NCBI GenBank assembly: GCA_964016885.1
Contig: OZ024753.1
Span: 10,974,001-11,038,000, forward strand
Direction: 5' to 3'
From: Eledone cirrhosa
Lineage: Eukaryota
DNA: 64,000 nucleotides
In this document: in pieces, positions 40,711 through 54,355 of the stretch
Numbering within the stretch: the first letter of the stretch is position 1
Layout: each line of letters begins with the position of its first letter
Made by a program: the position numbers and the translations under genes
The notes under the pieces: model-generated
Databases searched by the model: none
The model's input: only the letters and a program-made list of their open reading frames with translations
What the model was told of the DNA's origin: nothing

Positions 40711-40919
40711 GACAATAAGAACTGCAGCTTTTTGTAAACTGTATTACATGTTAGTAATTATTTCCATATCGATCAGCCCGGGTTTGATCATGCGATCGGA
40801 TCCCGACTCTTAATCGACACCTAATAACTTATATATAAGGGAGCGCGTGAAGGCTTCAAGAACATCATCTTTGTGCGTTCCCTTGTTTCAATTTAGATTG
40901 CCTCGAGAAGGTAACCTTA

Positions 40920-41525
40920 TAATTGTTTCTACTATTGGCACAAGGCCAGCAATTACCCCACTGTATTACTGGTACTTTATGAAATAATAATTATTTCTAC
41001 TGTTGGCACAAGGCCAGCAATTACCCCAGTGCATTACTGGTACTTTATGAAATAATAATTGTTTCTACTGTTGGCACAGGGCCAGAAATTACCCCAGTGC
41101 ATTACTGGTACTTTATGAAATAATAATTGTTTCTACTGTTGGCACAAGGCCAGCAATTACCCCAGTGCATTACTGGTACTTTATGAAATAATAATTGTTT
41201 CTACTGTTGGCACAAGGCCAGCAATTACCCCAGTGCATTACTGGTACTTTATGAAATAATAATTGTTTCTACTGTTGGCACAAGGCCAGCAATTACCCCA
41301 GTGCATTACCGGTACTTTATGAAATAATAATTGTTTCTACTGTTGGCACAAGGCCAGCAATTACCCCAGTGTATTACTGGTACTTTATGAAATAATAATT
41401 GTTTCTACTATTGGCACAAGGCCAGCAATTATCCCAGTGCATTACTGGTACTTTATTTTAGCGACCCCCGTAAGGATGAAAGGCAAAGTTAACCTCGACG
41501 GGACTTGAACTCAGATCGTAAAGGT
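40920..41525 (-). repeat. Eight tandem 68-bp copies of the Meta-type SINE tail attached to a SINE body
   Basis: Unit AATTGTTTCTACTGTTGGCACAAGGCCAGCAATTACCCCAGTGCATTACTGGTACTTTATGAAATAAT. Confidence 0.95.
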
Positions 41526-41543
41526 AACCTTATAATGTAAGAA

Positions 41544-41621
41544 GCTGTCTGATGAGATCACGGCACTGGCTACTACGGCAAATAGAGTGGCCAATGTCAT
41601 CATTGAAATATGTATTACGGC
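41544..41621 (+). ncRNA. Type I hammerhead motif with extended stem II
   Basis: gcugu-CUGAUGA-..ggcacuggcuac..guggccaauguc..-GAAA-uaugua-UU-acggc. Confidence 0.75.
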
Positions 41622-42679
41622 TTTATCAATAAAGGACTTTAAAATCGGAAACTACTTCGGATTTTCTTATTCTCTATATATATGTGTGTGTGTATTATAT
41701 ATATATATATATATGGTGGCTGCCAACTCGTTTTCGAATCCGGCCACTACTTTATATCCATGTAGGAGAACCCCTATCGATGCGCTGAACGAGTGTGACT
41801 TTTTAGTCCAGCCAGCGACTTGAAAACTCTGGTACAAACACTACACTTGTGACAATTATTAACACATAGTGCTGGGCCCATGGTACCATGTGACGACAAG
41901 TGCAGAGAGATCTCCAGATATAAAGCAATGCCTGTGCCGTGAAGCTTTTATAGTGAGCAAAGGCACTGCACGAAGCCAGTCCCACTCTCTTAACCAAGAT
42001 ATTTACCAAAAAGAAGAACAATTCAACATCATTGGATACCATCAGGGTTGCAGGTGTTATATCAGAGTTTTCCTTCTCCTAGAATTCTGCCTTGACAAAG
42101 GCTAAGGGTTCATCTCTCCCAGTGATTTTGGATGGCCATTGACTCTTAAGAGCTCCTTTGCCCTTTGACAGGTTTTGTTTTTAGTCCTGCAGGATGTCCA
42201 AAGTCACCTCCCTCACCGAGAAACCTTGGTGGGGTTGCCAGTTTAGTCGCCAACGACCCGACCATGAGACAGGTTGTACTAGGATACATGTTTCCAGTAG
42301 TAACATAGATATATATACATAGATAGATACATGTAAAGAAATGTCATGTGTGCAACATTTCTACGCGAATCCTCTGATGTTTGCCAGAATCTTTAGAAAT
42401 AAGTTAATATAAACTAAATATTTCATGGAATAATATTTATTCCAGGTATGAAGAAGAATTTGTGACAAGCTATTGTGCTGCTGCTACGTGATTTTGCAAT
42501 AATCTAAACTATTTAAATATTAATAATGTTAAGGAAATTGAAAACATTGTAAGAAATATTTTCTGGGAGAGGGAAACTGGTAATAATTGGAAATGCAGAA
42601 TCGTCATATATTTATTTAAGTAACGTGAAATTAGGGGACACCTCTCACTCTCTCTCTCTCTCTCTCTCTCTCTCGCTCT

Positions 42680-42741
42680 CTTATATATATATATATATAT
42701 ATAAACAAACATACTTATATATACAAAAAAACATCTATCTA

Positions 42742-42813
<72 letters not shown>

Positions 42814-42964
42814 AACATATATATATATATATATATACAAACAAACATACACATATATATATATATATATATATACAAACAAACATGTGTGTATATATAT
42901 ATATATATACACACACACACATGTTTGTGTGTATATATATATATATATACACACACATGTTTGT

Positions 42965-43004
<40 letters not shown>

Positions 43005-43077
43005 GTTTGTGTGTATATATATATATACACACACACACGTTTGTGTGTATATATATATATACACACACATGTTTGTT

Positions 43078-43111
<34 letters not shown>

Positions 43112-43123
43112 TGTTTGTTTGTT

Positions 43124-43161
<38 letters not shown>

Positions 43162-43705
43162 TGTTTGTATATATATATATATATATATTAGTGAAAAATG
43201 GAACGGGAACAAAACAGAGAGGCAGTATATATATATATATATATATATACATATATACATTTATTAAGTATTTATACTCCAATAAACCAAATACCTACAT
43301 CACCACTACGATCACTACCAACACATTTTTAAACATGCCAACAGCAAAAAGGAATACTTTAGCGGGAATAATTTAATAAACGTATTTAAATAAGATTTAA
43401 ATCAAATTGAAGTTCTATATTTTTGAATTATTCATTATACATATCTTTCGTTTTCTCTCCTACACCGAATCTCCAAGAACATTCTACATACATACATCCA
43501 AACATACATCTCTGTACACATGACTATACAAATACAGACATACACACGAAAACACACATATGCATACACACACTAGAATACAATATATATATATGTATAT
43601 ATATATATACACACAGAAATATATATATATGTATGTGTGTGTATATATATATATATGTATGAATATATTTATATGTGTGTGTGTATATATATATATATAT
43701 GCGTG

Positions 43706-43749
<44 letters not shown>

Positions 43750-43781
43750 CATACGCATATATATGTATATATATATATATG

Positions 43782-43833
<52 letters not shown>

Positions 43834-43932
43834 CATACGCATATATATGTATATATATATATATGCGTGTGTGTATATATATATATATATATACATATAT
43901 ATGTATATATATATATATATATTCATATACAC

Positions 43933-43967
<35 letters not shown>

Positions 43968-43972
43968 TATAC

Positions 43973-44009
<37 letters not shown>

Positions 44010-44126
44010 TATACACAAATATATATATATATATATATACATACTCATATACACAAATATATATATATATATATATACATATTCATATACACAAATATAT
44101 ATATATATATATACATATTCATATAC

Positions 44127-44166
<40 letters not shown>

Positions 44167-44178
44167 TCATATACACAA

Positions 44179-44209
<31 letters not shown>

Positions 44210-44430
44210 TATGTATATTTATATATATATATATATATATTCATATACACAAATATATATATATATATATATATACATATTCATATACACAAATATATAT
44301 ATATATATATATATATACATATTCATATACACAAATATATATATATATATATATACATACATATATATGTATATTTATATATATATATATATTCATATAC
44401 ACAAATATATATATATATATATATACACAC
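42680..44430. repeat. TA-dominated compound microsatellite blocks
   Basis: Direct inspection. Confidence 0.9.
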
Positions 44431-44809
44431 TAGATAACAACAATTTTCCTTGCAGGTGTTTCTGGCTAATATTTACATCTCTAAGTTTATTTAAACTAAT
44501 TTCTACTCTAATTTTTATTCATAGTCATCTGTTATGAGAGTCAGTTTCTACATTTGGGACGTCATCGTACCCCCCTCCCCACCTCACCCCCCCCTCTCTA
44601 TCTCTCTCTCTCTCTCTCTCTCTCACTGTGACTATATTTAACCACTTATGCATACGTAATTAGCTATCACGGTACGTAGATGTGTGGAAAGAGAGAAGAT
44701 AAAATCCCAACAGCGGCGCTAAGCGGTTTCAGGATTTTACATATCTCTATACCTACTCTACAACTCCCCATGTATCTAGTACTCACATGATTAGTGGTCT
44801 CCTCGGTCT

Positions 44810-45460
44810 CTCCGACGATTGAAACCGTCTTGCACGCAATTGTACACTACCCGGGCGTAAGCGAGCTGTGGAACTATGCAGAACAACTGCTGTCGCGTAT
44901 GGGACAGATCCAGTTGACTGCCGAGTCCATAGTAAGGATCAAACCGCCAGTCTCTTTCAAAAACGAAAGAGAGGCGGTTTTCCTCTGTACAATGGTTATG
45001 ATGAAAGAGGTTATATGGTGGACGAGATTGAGAGGACTGAGGACAGATGCCTTTCTCTCCGGACAACAATTGATTCCCTTCTTTAAGTATCACTTTAGAA
45101 GAAGAAGAAGAAGAAGAGTGGAGAGAGAGGCACTACTCCCCAGTAAATTTACTGAAAGGTGGGTGAATGAAGCGAAAATGGCCCGAGTGATTGGGCCTTC
45201 TCTGTTTATAAGCCTGTAGGTTAAAGAAGAGAGCAAAAGGAAGAAGGGAGCACTTGCACAACACGCTCCTGAAGTTGAGGGTTGTTCTATCGACGAGGTA
45301 TTAAACAACCCATTTGTGGAGTCTTCTCCCTATTGGGGATTTCGATTGTTATAATTGTTTGTTTGTTTTATTTTTTTTTTACACGACTGTATGTAAAATC
45401 CCCGGCATGTGTCTTTGTATTGTCCCCTTTTCTTGTGCGCCCTTGTGGCAAATAAAGAAA
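44810..45460 (+). mobile_element. 5'-truncated Tx1/L1-clade LINE 3' end, followed by (TCTA)n; related 3' UTR fragment at about 60860-61010
   Basis: ETVLHAIVHYP..ELW..KEVIWWTR resembles the zf-RVT C-terminus of L1/Tx1 ORF2; 3' end GCGCCCTTGTGGCAAATAAAGAAA. Confidence 0.7.
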
Positions 45461-45496
45461 TCTATCTATCTATCTACCTATGTATGTATCTGTGTG

Positions 45497-45535
<39 letters not shown>

Positions 45536-45545
45536 TGTTGCATAT

Positions 45546-45832
45546 CTAAAGTCTAAAGTCTGTCTCAAGCATGGAGGCTCAACAGGCCGGTGTTTATCCC
45601 GGTTTCCATGGCGTTAAGCGACTGAGAGTACAATACTGCCTGCTGGACAGGACGTCAGTCCATCGCAGGGTTAAACTCCCAGCTATTTCTGGTACTCATT
45701 TTCAGTTGAGTATACTGGAGCAACGTGAAATGAAGTGTTTTGCTCAAGTACCCATCACACAGCCCAGTCCAGGAATTGAACCCACAGTGTTATGGTCATA
45801 ACTCCCACCCTTACCACATGGCAACACGATTC
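45546..45832 (-). mobile_element. V-SINE-like tRNA-derived SINE
   Basis: Minus strand has B-box GGGTTCAATTCC, the V-domain-like AACCCTGCGATGGACTGACGTCCTGTCCAG and a (GACTTTA)2 tail. Confidence 0.7.
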
Positions 45833-45833
45833 C

Positions 45834-45869
<36 letters not shown>

Positions 45870-46138
45870 AAAAAAATGACCCCGACGGCAGTGCTCAAGC
45901 CGTTTCGACGGCTATTTCTAGTCCAGAAATAGCCGTCGAAACGGTTTGAGCTAAGCCGTCGGGGTCCTTTTTCCTATTACCCACTCCTCTACCCTAAGTA
46001 TTGAGTACTCTGGTGCGTTATGGTCCATCTGGTTCCTTACCACTATTCCTTCGTTATATATATATATATATATATATTAGAATTGGCGCTCTGAAATAGC
46101 GATATATATATATATATGAATGTATATATAGTGTACTT

Positions 46139-46183
46139 GGCTTTGATAAGTACCAATCAGTACGAAACATAGCTCTGTCAGCT
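46139..46183 (+). ncRNA. Degenerate hammerhead motif
   Basis: ggcu-UUGAUAA-guac caauca guac-GAAAC-auagcucu-GUC-agcu; core mutated. Confidence 0.5.
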
Positions 46184-46309
46184 TTATCTCCCCTGTCTGC
46201 TGAAAATTTAAAGTAAGTGAGACTGTCACTACTCTAAAACAACAGCATAAGGTCTTCGAAATGCTTTTAATTAAGCATACAGTGTATTGCAAAATACACT
46301 ATATATACA

Positions 46310-46346
<37 letters not shown>

Positions 46347-46509
46347 AACCAGGACTCCAACGACTGAGCTCCGGCCGTTTCGGCAGCTAGATCCGAACTA
46401 ACCCACCAGTCGGCTTAGTTGGAATCACGTGGCCATGAGGTAAGGGTGTTGGACTTATGACCATAACGCCGTGTTCTTATTATGATAGTGAAATATAGGA
46501 AGCAGTATT

Positions 46510-47007
46510 GTGTGTTCATATATATATACCGTAAGAAGGAACAAAAACCCTAGAAATCATCACCCCCAGAATGACATTTACAACTTTTCCCCTTCAAGGA
46601 GACACCATACCAAATCACTCAACTACTACGCGGATGCCTCATCATCAAAAATAGGGAAAAGATACCACCACCATGATAGATATAACAACTTCCCCGCTTC
46701 AAGGGGACAGCAAGGTAATTTCCATTTTCTCAACTCTCGCTTCCACAATACACAACAAACCCACACCACACGATACAACCAACAACGTAGGCCACCTATA
46801 ACACCACAATCCAACATGGCACATAGAAACACACATCCATACTCGCAATACAGGAACACCCCATTCAATCTACAACCACGAACCCAAACCACATTTTACA
46901 ACAACAAGGAATATAACAAACAGAGGAGACCACTTAACATCAGCAGACAACCCCTCTACCCCAACCATTTTTTAGACACAGCACACAGATACAGGCAAAC
47001 AAAATAA
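46510..47007 (+). CDS. PLE upstream ORF remnant (R/N/H/Q-rich, probably 5'-truncated)
   Basis: 165-codon frame that overlaps the RT frame at a T TTT TTA heptamer. Confidence 0.5.
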   Translation: MCSYIYTVRRNKNPRNHHPQNDIYNFSPSRRHHTKSLNYYADASSSKIGKRYHHHDRYNNFPASRGQQGNFHFLNSRFHNTQQTHTTRYNQQRRPPITPQSNMAHRNTHPYSQYRNTPFNLQPRTQTTFYNNKEYNKQRRPLNISRQPLYPNHFLDTAHRYRQTK

Positions 47008-49280
47008 CACAAGACAGGGAGGAGAAACCGAGAGTAATAAAAATTATCAATCTAACTAGTGCAGAACCAACACCCAACCTTATCAACTTACTCTCCAAAG
47101 GTCTTAAATTCACACCGACACCACTACGTCCTAACTACTATGAAATGAAGGAAGATATCACAGACTTCTGTAGAAAGTTACGACTCAGTGAAGAACTATT
47201 CGACCAGTACAATGAGGATGAATCATTAGCCAGAAATAGAAGCCCATCAAAAGGTAGAAATAAAATCCTGGACGAATTCTGTGAACACATCACAAACTTC
47301 CCTTACCAACACTTGCACAGAAAAAAACACAAGCCAAACCTCAACAAGAAAGAATGGGAAGAATTAAATAGATTAAAAACCGACAGAACCATTACAATTA
47401 AAGAGGCTGATAAAGGGAGTACAGTAGTCCTAATGGAGACAGAATTCTATATCAACTTAGCGCTCTCCACTTTGGAAAACGAAACATACTACGAAAAGGC
47501 TGAACACTACAATCAACAGAAAATTATGAGAAACCTAAAAACTCTAATCAACCAATACAAAGAAGGACTCACTAACAAGGAATTCAGCTTCATCACAGAC
47601 TTCACAAGTAAATCCAGCCTTTTCTACGGTATCCCTAAAGTACATAAAAGCGAATTAATAAGTAAGGCATGCAAGGAAGCCACAGACATAGTCATCAATC
47701 TCCCCTCACCCAATGATCTCAAATTAAGACCTATAATAGCAGGCACCGCTTGCGAAACCCACCGCCTTAGCAACTTCATTGATACCCTTCTCAAGCCTTT
47801 TCTCAAACACATCAAAAGTTATATAAGGGACGACCTAGATATGCTCAATCACCTCCCTAATATGCCCCTTTCTGAACAAACCCTACTAGTGACGTTCGAT
47901 GTAGTCAACCTATACCCCAACATCACCCACAACCTAGGAATAGATGCTATCCAATTCTGGCTGGATAATTACCACAATGAACTCCCACAACGCATCAAAA
48001 AAGAATTCGTGATAGAGGGACTCAAATTTATCTTGGAGAACAATTACTTCGTCTTCAATAACAAATCCTACAGGCAGAAATCTGGGACCGCTATGGGAAC
48101 GAAAACAGCCCCCACTTATGCCAACCTAGTCATGGGATACCTGGAAATCACCCTCTACACTAAAGAACTAAACAAATTTGGAAACACTCTCCACTTACAC
48201 ATAGAAAGGAACTGGAAGCGATATCTAGATGACTGATTCATCCTTTGGCACGAAAACATCGAGAAACTTAAAGAATTTCACACCCTTATAAATGGGCTCA
48301 ACACGAATATTAACTTTACGATGGAATACAGCCATCAACAACTCCCCTTCCTCGACATCCTCATTAAGATTCATAACAAAAAAATAGAAACAGACATATA
48401 CTACAAGCCCACAGACTCCAAGCAATATCTTCCTTTCAACTCTTGCCACCCTAGACACGTTAAAATGAATATTCCCTACAACTTAGCCAAGATAATCTGT
48501 GCTATAGTCTCCAATAAAAACACCTGTTACTTACGGCTACAAGAACTAAAGGACACACTCATAGGCAGGGACTACCCTGCATCACTAATTGACAATGGAA
48601 TCCAACGTGCCCTAAAACTCAGTACCCAGGACCTTAGACACCCTAAAGTAAATCAACCGAAACTAAAAGCTCTTCCATACATCTCCACACACAACCCCCT
48701 CAACAATGAGCCTTTGACACCACCCTCCAGAACATCCCTGTGTTAAAAAAGGACCATAGAATGAACTAAATCCTACGAACACACGATATCATAAAGAGCA
48801 AAAGATAATCTAACTCAATGAAAAACATCCTAACACATGCCAAAGTACTGCCAATCACAACAACGAAACCCACAGTAAAAAAAATGCGATAGACCCAACT
48901 GTGGCATATGCATCAACCTAATAGAAGGTTCGGAATTCTATTTCAAAGAAGGACAACGTTTTATAGTAAAACACAATTTCACATGCGCATCAGAAAATCT
49001 AATATATGTATTAACTTGCTCAGGTTGTCGAGAACAATACATAGGCCAGACCAAAAACAGCCTCCGCCAACGCATGACTGTCCATAGATCCAAAATTAAA
49101 ATACGGGAATACAGGAAAATACCACTGAGTGAACACATTGATACCTGTGCCGCCCAAAATCATCCCAACTTCAGAATCTTTCCCCTCTACAAATTTAAAG
49201 ATAATGCCACCCACACCCAGCGCATCAGCAAGGAATCTCACTTTATTAACAAATACGGACCGTCTAAACACTTTCCCTAA
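46968..49280 (+). pseudogene. PLE reverse transcriptase plus GIY-YIG endonuclease, disrupted
   Basis: RT frame open from 46962 to the TGA at 48234-48236 and continuing in frame to about 48710; then frameshifts and TAA stops in the linker; endonuclease at about 48885-49280. Confidence 0.9.
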
Positions 49281-50320
49281 GACGAACCCAAAACATACAC
49301 ACGTCAACATACATACCTACATCAGCATACATCCTACATACATCTCTATCCACATATAAACACAATGACATACGTAAACAAACATGTTCTATGGTGCAAC
49401 ACAAATATACACAAATTTGCATACCTTTTGATGTCTATAGATATAAACGTGCCGACACACACATACATATACGCACACATGCATTTCACACTGATAGGCA
49501 CATACATATTTGTACACAAGTATTCCAATACGGCAAGGCCTAATGGATTCCCCTTGCAGTACGTACAATCTGGACACTCACACACACCTTGGTCTTATGC
49601 CAATACTATATATCATTTCACACCTTTTATTATTAAGGTTTTTGATGTTCTATTGAGAGAATCGTTTTTACTGAAAATATCGAATAATGTACACCATTTT
49701 TACCAGTATCAAAAAAATACTGGTCCACCAACACACACACACACATATATACACACACACATACACACGCGTACACTAACATACAAAGAGACATACACAC
49801 ACACACACATTTCTCCGTATAAGACAAGAGCTGAAAAATATCTTTTAACATGTTAAAATATCCCCCACACACGTACAGACACATTCCTACTGACCGATCC
49901 CTCTATCACGAATTACTCTGCTACACACACACACACTTGTCTTAATAGGCACCTGAATTGTTGACCTGTCAACATGACTGCAATTCACACACACATCCCT
50001 ACTGACCATTATCACAACAATGAACCTTTTACTACTACACACGCACACACACACACACATATTTGTCTTAAAAGACTTATTTTTCAGTGACTTCCCAATC
50101 AGCCGAGACAAACCTACATTTGGCGCAAAATCAATTTTTAACATTCACATGACCTCTACCGACCAATCAAAATTGTTTTGACCACAAGAAATTTTGCAAC
50201 ACGAATTGGCGCGAAACTTATTTTAATACATCTGGAGCCACTTTTTTCACATCAAACAGGTAGAATTTCCAAAACTAATCAGATTAGAGCAAACATCACG
50301 GGCGCTCTATCTCAAAATTA

Positions 50321-50357
50321 TTTTTGAAAAGCATTAGAAATGCGCAACCGGTAAAAA
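50321..50357 (+). ncRNA. Degenerate hammerhead in the PLE 3' terminal region
   Basis: uuu-UUGAAAA-gcauu aga aaugc-GCAA-ccggu-A-aaa; architecture intact with three core substitutions. Confidence 0.45.
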
Positions 50358-50505
50358 CTTAAAACCAAAACTGAATACTAACCAATACTTATTACTAATT
50401 TTTACTTATTCCTAATTAAACTATTTTTCACTGGGAACAATTTGTCAGCATTTTCTTTTCCTTTTACCAATATATCATAACTCGTGTGTTACACTTCTAT
50501 TCTTT

Positions 50506-50553
<48 letters not shown>

Positions 50554-50625
50554 GAGAAGAATACTGCGTGGTTGCACATGGGTTACATATGATAAAATTA
50601 CTTCGTCAGTGATTTGCCAACCGTC

Positions 50626-50675
<50 letters not shown>

Positions 50676-50844
50676 TCTTTAGTCGTTTTATTTCATGAAG
50701 TTGGCGGTGTGCTGTGGTGTGTGTTGTTGTGTGCTGTGGTGTAGTGTGGTGTGGTGTTGATATCATTTTTTTAAATTTGTTTTACTTTGCTGTTCTTGTT
50801 ATTATGATAGTGAAATATAGGAAGCAATAATATGTGTGTATATA

Positions 50845-50875
<31 letters not shown>

Positions 50876-51683
50876 TTAGTTTCAGAAGATCTCGTTGAGA
50901 GTGAAAGCAGCCATTCTTTGCTTAAACTTTAATCTGTTATTTTAATAAATATTTTTTAAAATTTGTTTTACTTTGCTGTTCTTGTTATTATGATAGTGAA
51001 CTATAGGAAGCAATAATGTGTGTGTATATATATATATACTAATAATTGTTTCTACTTTAGACACAAGGCCAGCAATTAGCCAGTACATTACTGGTACTTT
51101 ATTTTATCGACCCCGTAAGGATGAAAGGCAAAGTTACCTCGGCGGGATTTGAACTCAGACTGTAATAATAATAATAAATGTGAAGACTAAAATCCGAAGA
51201 GGGCTCGATAAGGGTTATATATATATATATACATATAAGATCAAAAGATGGTTAAAAGAGTTCCATGTATTTTATTATGCGCATTTCAAAAAGAAATATC
51301 ATCATGCAATAATATTTGTGTTTTCATCGGATAAAATAGGAAGACATGATATGAAGGTTAAAAAACACTTGTGGATAGTGCAGTTTTAAATCAACATATC
51401 ATATATGTTGATTTAAAACTGCACTATCCACAAGTGTTTTTTAACCTTCATATCATGTCTTCCTATTTTATCTGATGAAAACACAAATATTATTGCATGA
51501 TGATATTTCTTTTTGAAATACGCATAATAAAATACATGGAACTCTTTTAACCATCTTTTGATCTTATATATTATGTATACTCCAGTCCTACAAATTGTAG
51601 AGTGCTTCTTATCCGATATCTGTATTGCTTTATTGTACTACAATAAAACTCACCTCCTATATATATATATAGAGAGAGAGATA

Positions 51684-51786
51684 TATAAAATGAGTCCCTC
51701 ATCAGTGATTTGCCAACGATCATAGATATTTCATATGAAATATCTATGATCGTTGGCTAATCACTGATGAGGGACTCATTTTATAA
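51684..51786. repeat. Near-perfect palindrome of about 100 bp next to (TA)n
   Basis: AAAATGAGTCCCTCATCAGTGATT..GATATTTCAT|ATGAAATATC..AATCACTGATGAGGGACTCATTTT; related fragment at 50565-50640. Confidence 0.85.
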
Positions 51787-51831
51787 CATGTTATCCATGT
51801 GCAACCTGCAGTATACTTCTCCCCATTTTTT

Positions 51832-51863
<32 letters not shown>

Positions 51864-51873
51864 CACATATTAT

Positions 51874-51944
<71 letters not shown>

Positions 51945-52543
51945 CATATTATTGCTTCCTTCCTATATTTCACTATCATAATAACAAGAACAGCAAAGTA
52001 AAACAAATTTTAAAAAATGATATCAACACCACACCACACTGCACCGGACCACACCACACCACACCGCACCGCACTACACCACACCACACCGCACGGCACC
52101 ACACCACACAACACAACACACAACAACACACACCACACCACACCAAACTACACACACCACACCAAACTACACCACACCACACCACAAACTTCATGAAATA
52201 AAACAACTAAAGAATATAAAATTCCTTCTAAACATGAGAACCATGAAAATATAACTAAAATGAGAACAGAATTTTTGTTAAAACGAATTATTTTCGTGAC
52301 TTAATAGATTAGTCTCACTAGGGTTTCACATGGAACGCCAACAGGAGTTCGCTTTTCTGCTTCATGTCAAAGTTGGAACTATTTTTATTCTTTGTCCCTT
52401 TTTGTTCTTCAAGGTTTCCTTAAATCTTTACCAACTCAGTTACGTAAATATTATCTGAAGTTTAAAAACACTTTTTTAGAGTCGCCACGCCTCTTTTTAC
52501 ACATGTGTGTGTGTATGTGTATATATATATATATATATATACA

Positions 52544-52579
<36 letters not shown>

Positions 52580-52654
52580 CCTCTACTTCCGCCAAGCGTG
52601 AATCTAATATAACTGTGTACAATTGCTTCCTGTGTTTTGTTTGTTCATTTTCAA

Positions 52655-52690
<36 letters not shown>

Positions 52691-53315
52691 TTGCATACAT
52701 ATATGTCTGCATATATATATGTATGTATGCATGTATGTATGCATATATATATATATATGCATATATATATATGCATGTATGCATATATATATATGCATAC
52801 ATACATACATATATGTATGCATACATACATACATATATGTATGCATACATACATACATATATGTATGCATACATACATACATATATGTATGCATACATAC
52901 ATACATATATGTATGCATACATACATATATGTATGCATACATACATACATACATATATGTATGCATACATACATATATGTATGCATACATACATACATAT
53001 ATGTATGCATACATATATACATACATGCATACATACATACATACATATATGCATACATACATATATGCATACATACATATATGCATACATACATATATGC
53101 ATACGTACATATAATGTATGCATACATACATACGTATATGCATACATACATATATATATGCATACATACATATATGCATACATACATAGATATATACATG
53201 CATACATATATGTATACATACACAGATGCATACATAATTGCGGACATACATATATATATATGCATACATAAATGTATACATACATACGCACACGAAGTTA
53301 TACATATATACATAC
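52655..53315. repeat. (CATA/TATG/GCAT) compound minisatellite
   Basis: Direct inspection. Confidence 0.9.
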
Positions 53316-54029
53316 CAAGAATAAATCTTCACCACATTATATATCATAATTTCTTTATTTTGTTTTATTTATTATTTTTACTGATTTTAGTCATTTGACT
53401 ACAAACATGCTCAGGCACCGCCTTTAAGTGTTTATATCAATCATATCGATCTTAGTACTTATACCTAACACGTGGTTAGGAAATCCGGTTCACGTTCGTA
53501 AGTTAGTGAGTTCGATTCCCGGCGGTGCGCTGTGTCCTTGGGCAAGAAACTTTATTTCACTTTGCTCCAGTCCACTCAGATGGCAAATATGAGTTGTAAC
53601 TGTAACTCGAAGGGTCACCCTTGTCACATTTTGAGTCACGTCGAATCTCCCTGAGAATTACGTTAAGGGTACGCTTGTCTGTGGAATGCTCAGTCACTTG
53701 CATGTTAATTTCACGAGCAGGCTGTTCCATTGAGCGAATCAACTCGAACATTCCTCGTCGTAACCAACGGAGTGCTTTCCATTCCATTCCATAAATCAAT
53801 TACCATTTATCAAACCATAAAACATGGCGTACGGCGAAAAAGCATTAACAAAACATTTATTTGATTGACTTAAGAAATATTTAATTAAAATCGAATAACT
53901 TATTGTGTCCAATTATATTACTGGTACATATTTGTACTTTAAATCAAGCTCTAGCAAAATGTGAACATAAGACTGAGACAATAGAATCTATATACACGAA
54001 ATGATTTCTGATTTCAGTAAACGTGGCAC

Positions 54030-54355
54030 CAGGGCTGGATTTAATGGAGGTATAAAGAGGGAAATTGCCCTTGGGCCTCTGCAGTGAGGTGGGGCGTGGG
54101 GGTGACCCACAAGCAACGGCCATAGCAATTTATTTGTGCCCTTAGCTGGGCTTTGTAATTTTAACATTGTTAGAATTTTGTAATTTAATACCTGTATGTA
54201 TATCGTTTCTATTCCAGTTACCTGCGCCAAACTAACTTTGATATGTAAAATTGGGAGGTTTGCTGTGTATTGTAATTTTTTGTGTATGAGGGGAGCCCCC
54301 AAACCGGAAGTTACCCCCCACCCCACCCGGCCGCCAATGTCTAAATCCAACCCTG
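54030..54355. mobile_element. hAT-type MITE; partial relative at 61223-61330
   Basis: TIR CAGGGCTGGATTTA / TAAATCCAACCCTG; TSD CGTGGCAC/CGTGGCAT. Confidence 0.85.

Larger units (their letters stand above)
46530..50506 (+). mobile_element. Penelope-like element, Neptune-type (upstream ORF, RT, Cys linker, GIY-YIG, long 3' region), flanked by (TA)n
   Basis: IINL..LLSKGLKFTPTP, IKEADKGSTVV, FYGIPKVHK, LRPII, TFDVVNLY, GTAMGT, RYLDD, FLD, YYKPTD, CDRPNCGIC, NLIYVLTCSGC..YIGQT. Confidence 0.95.
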
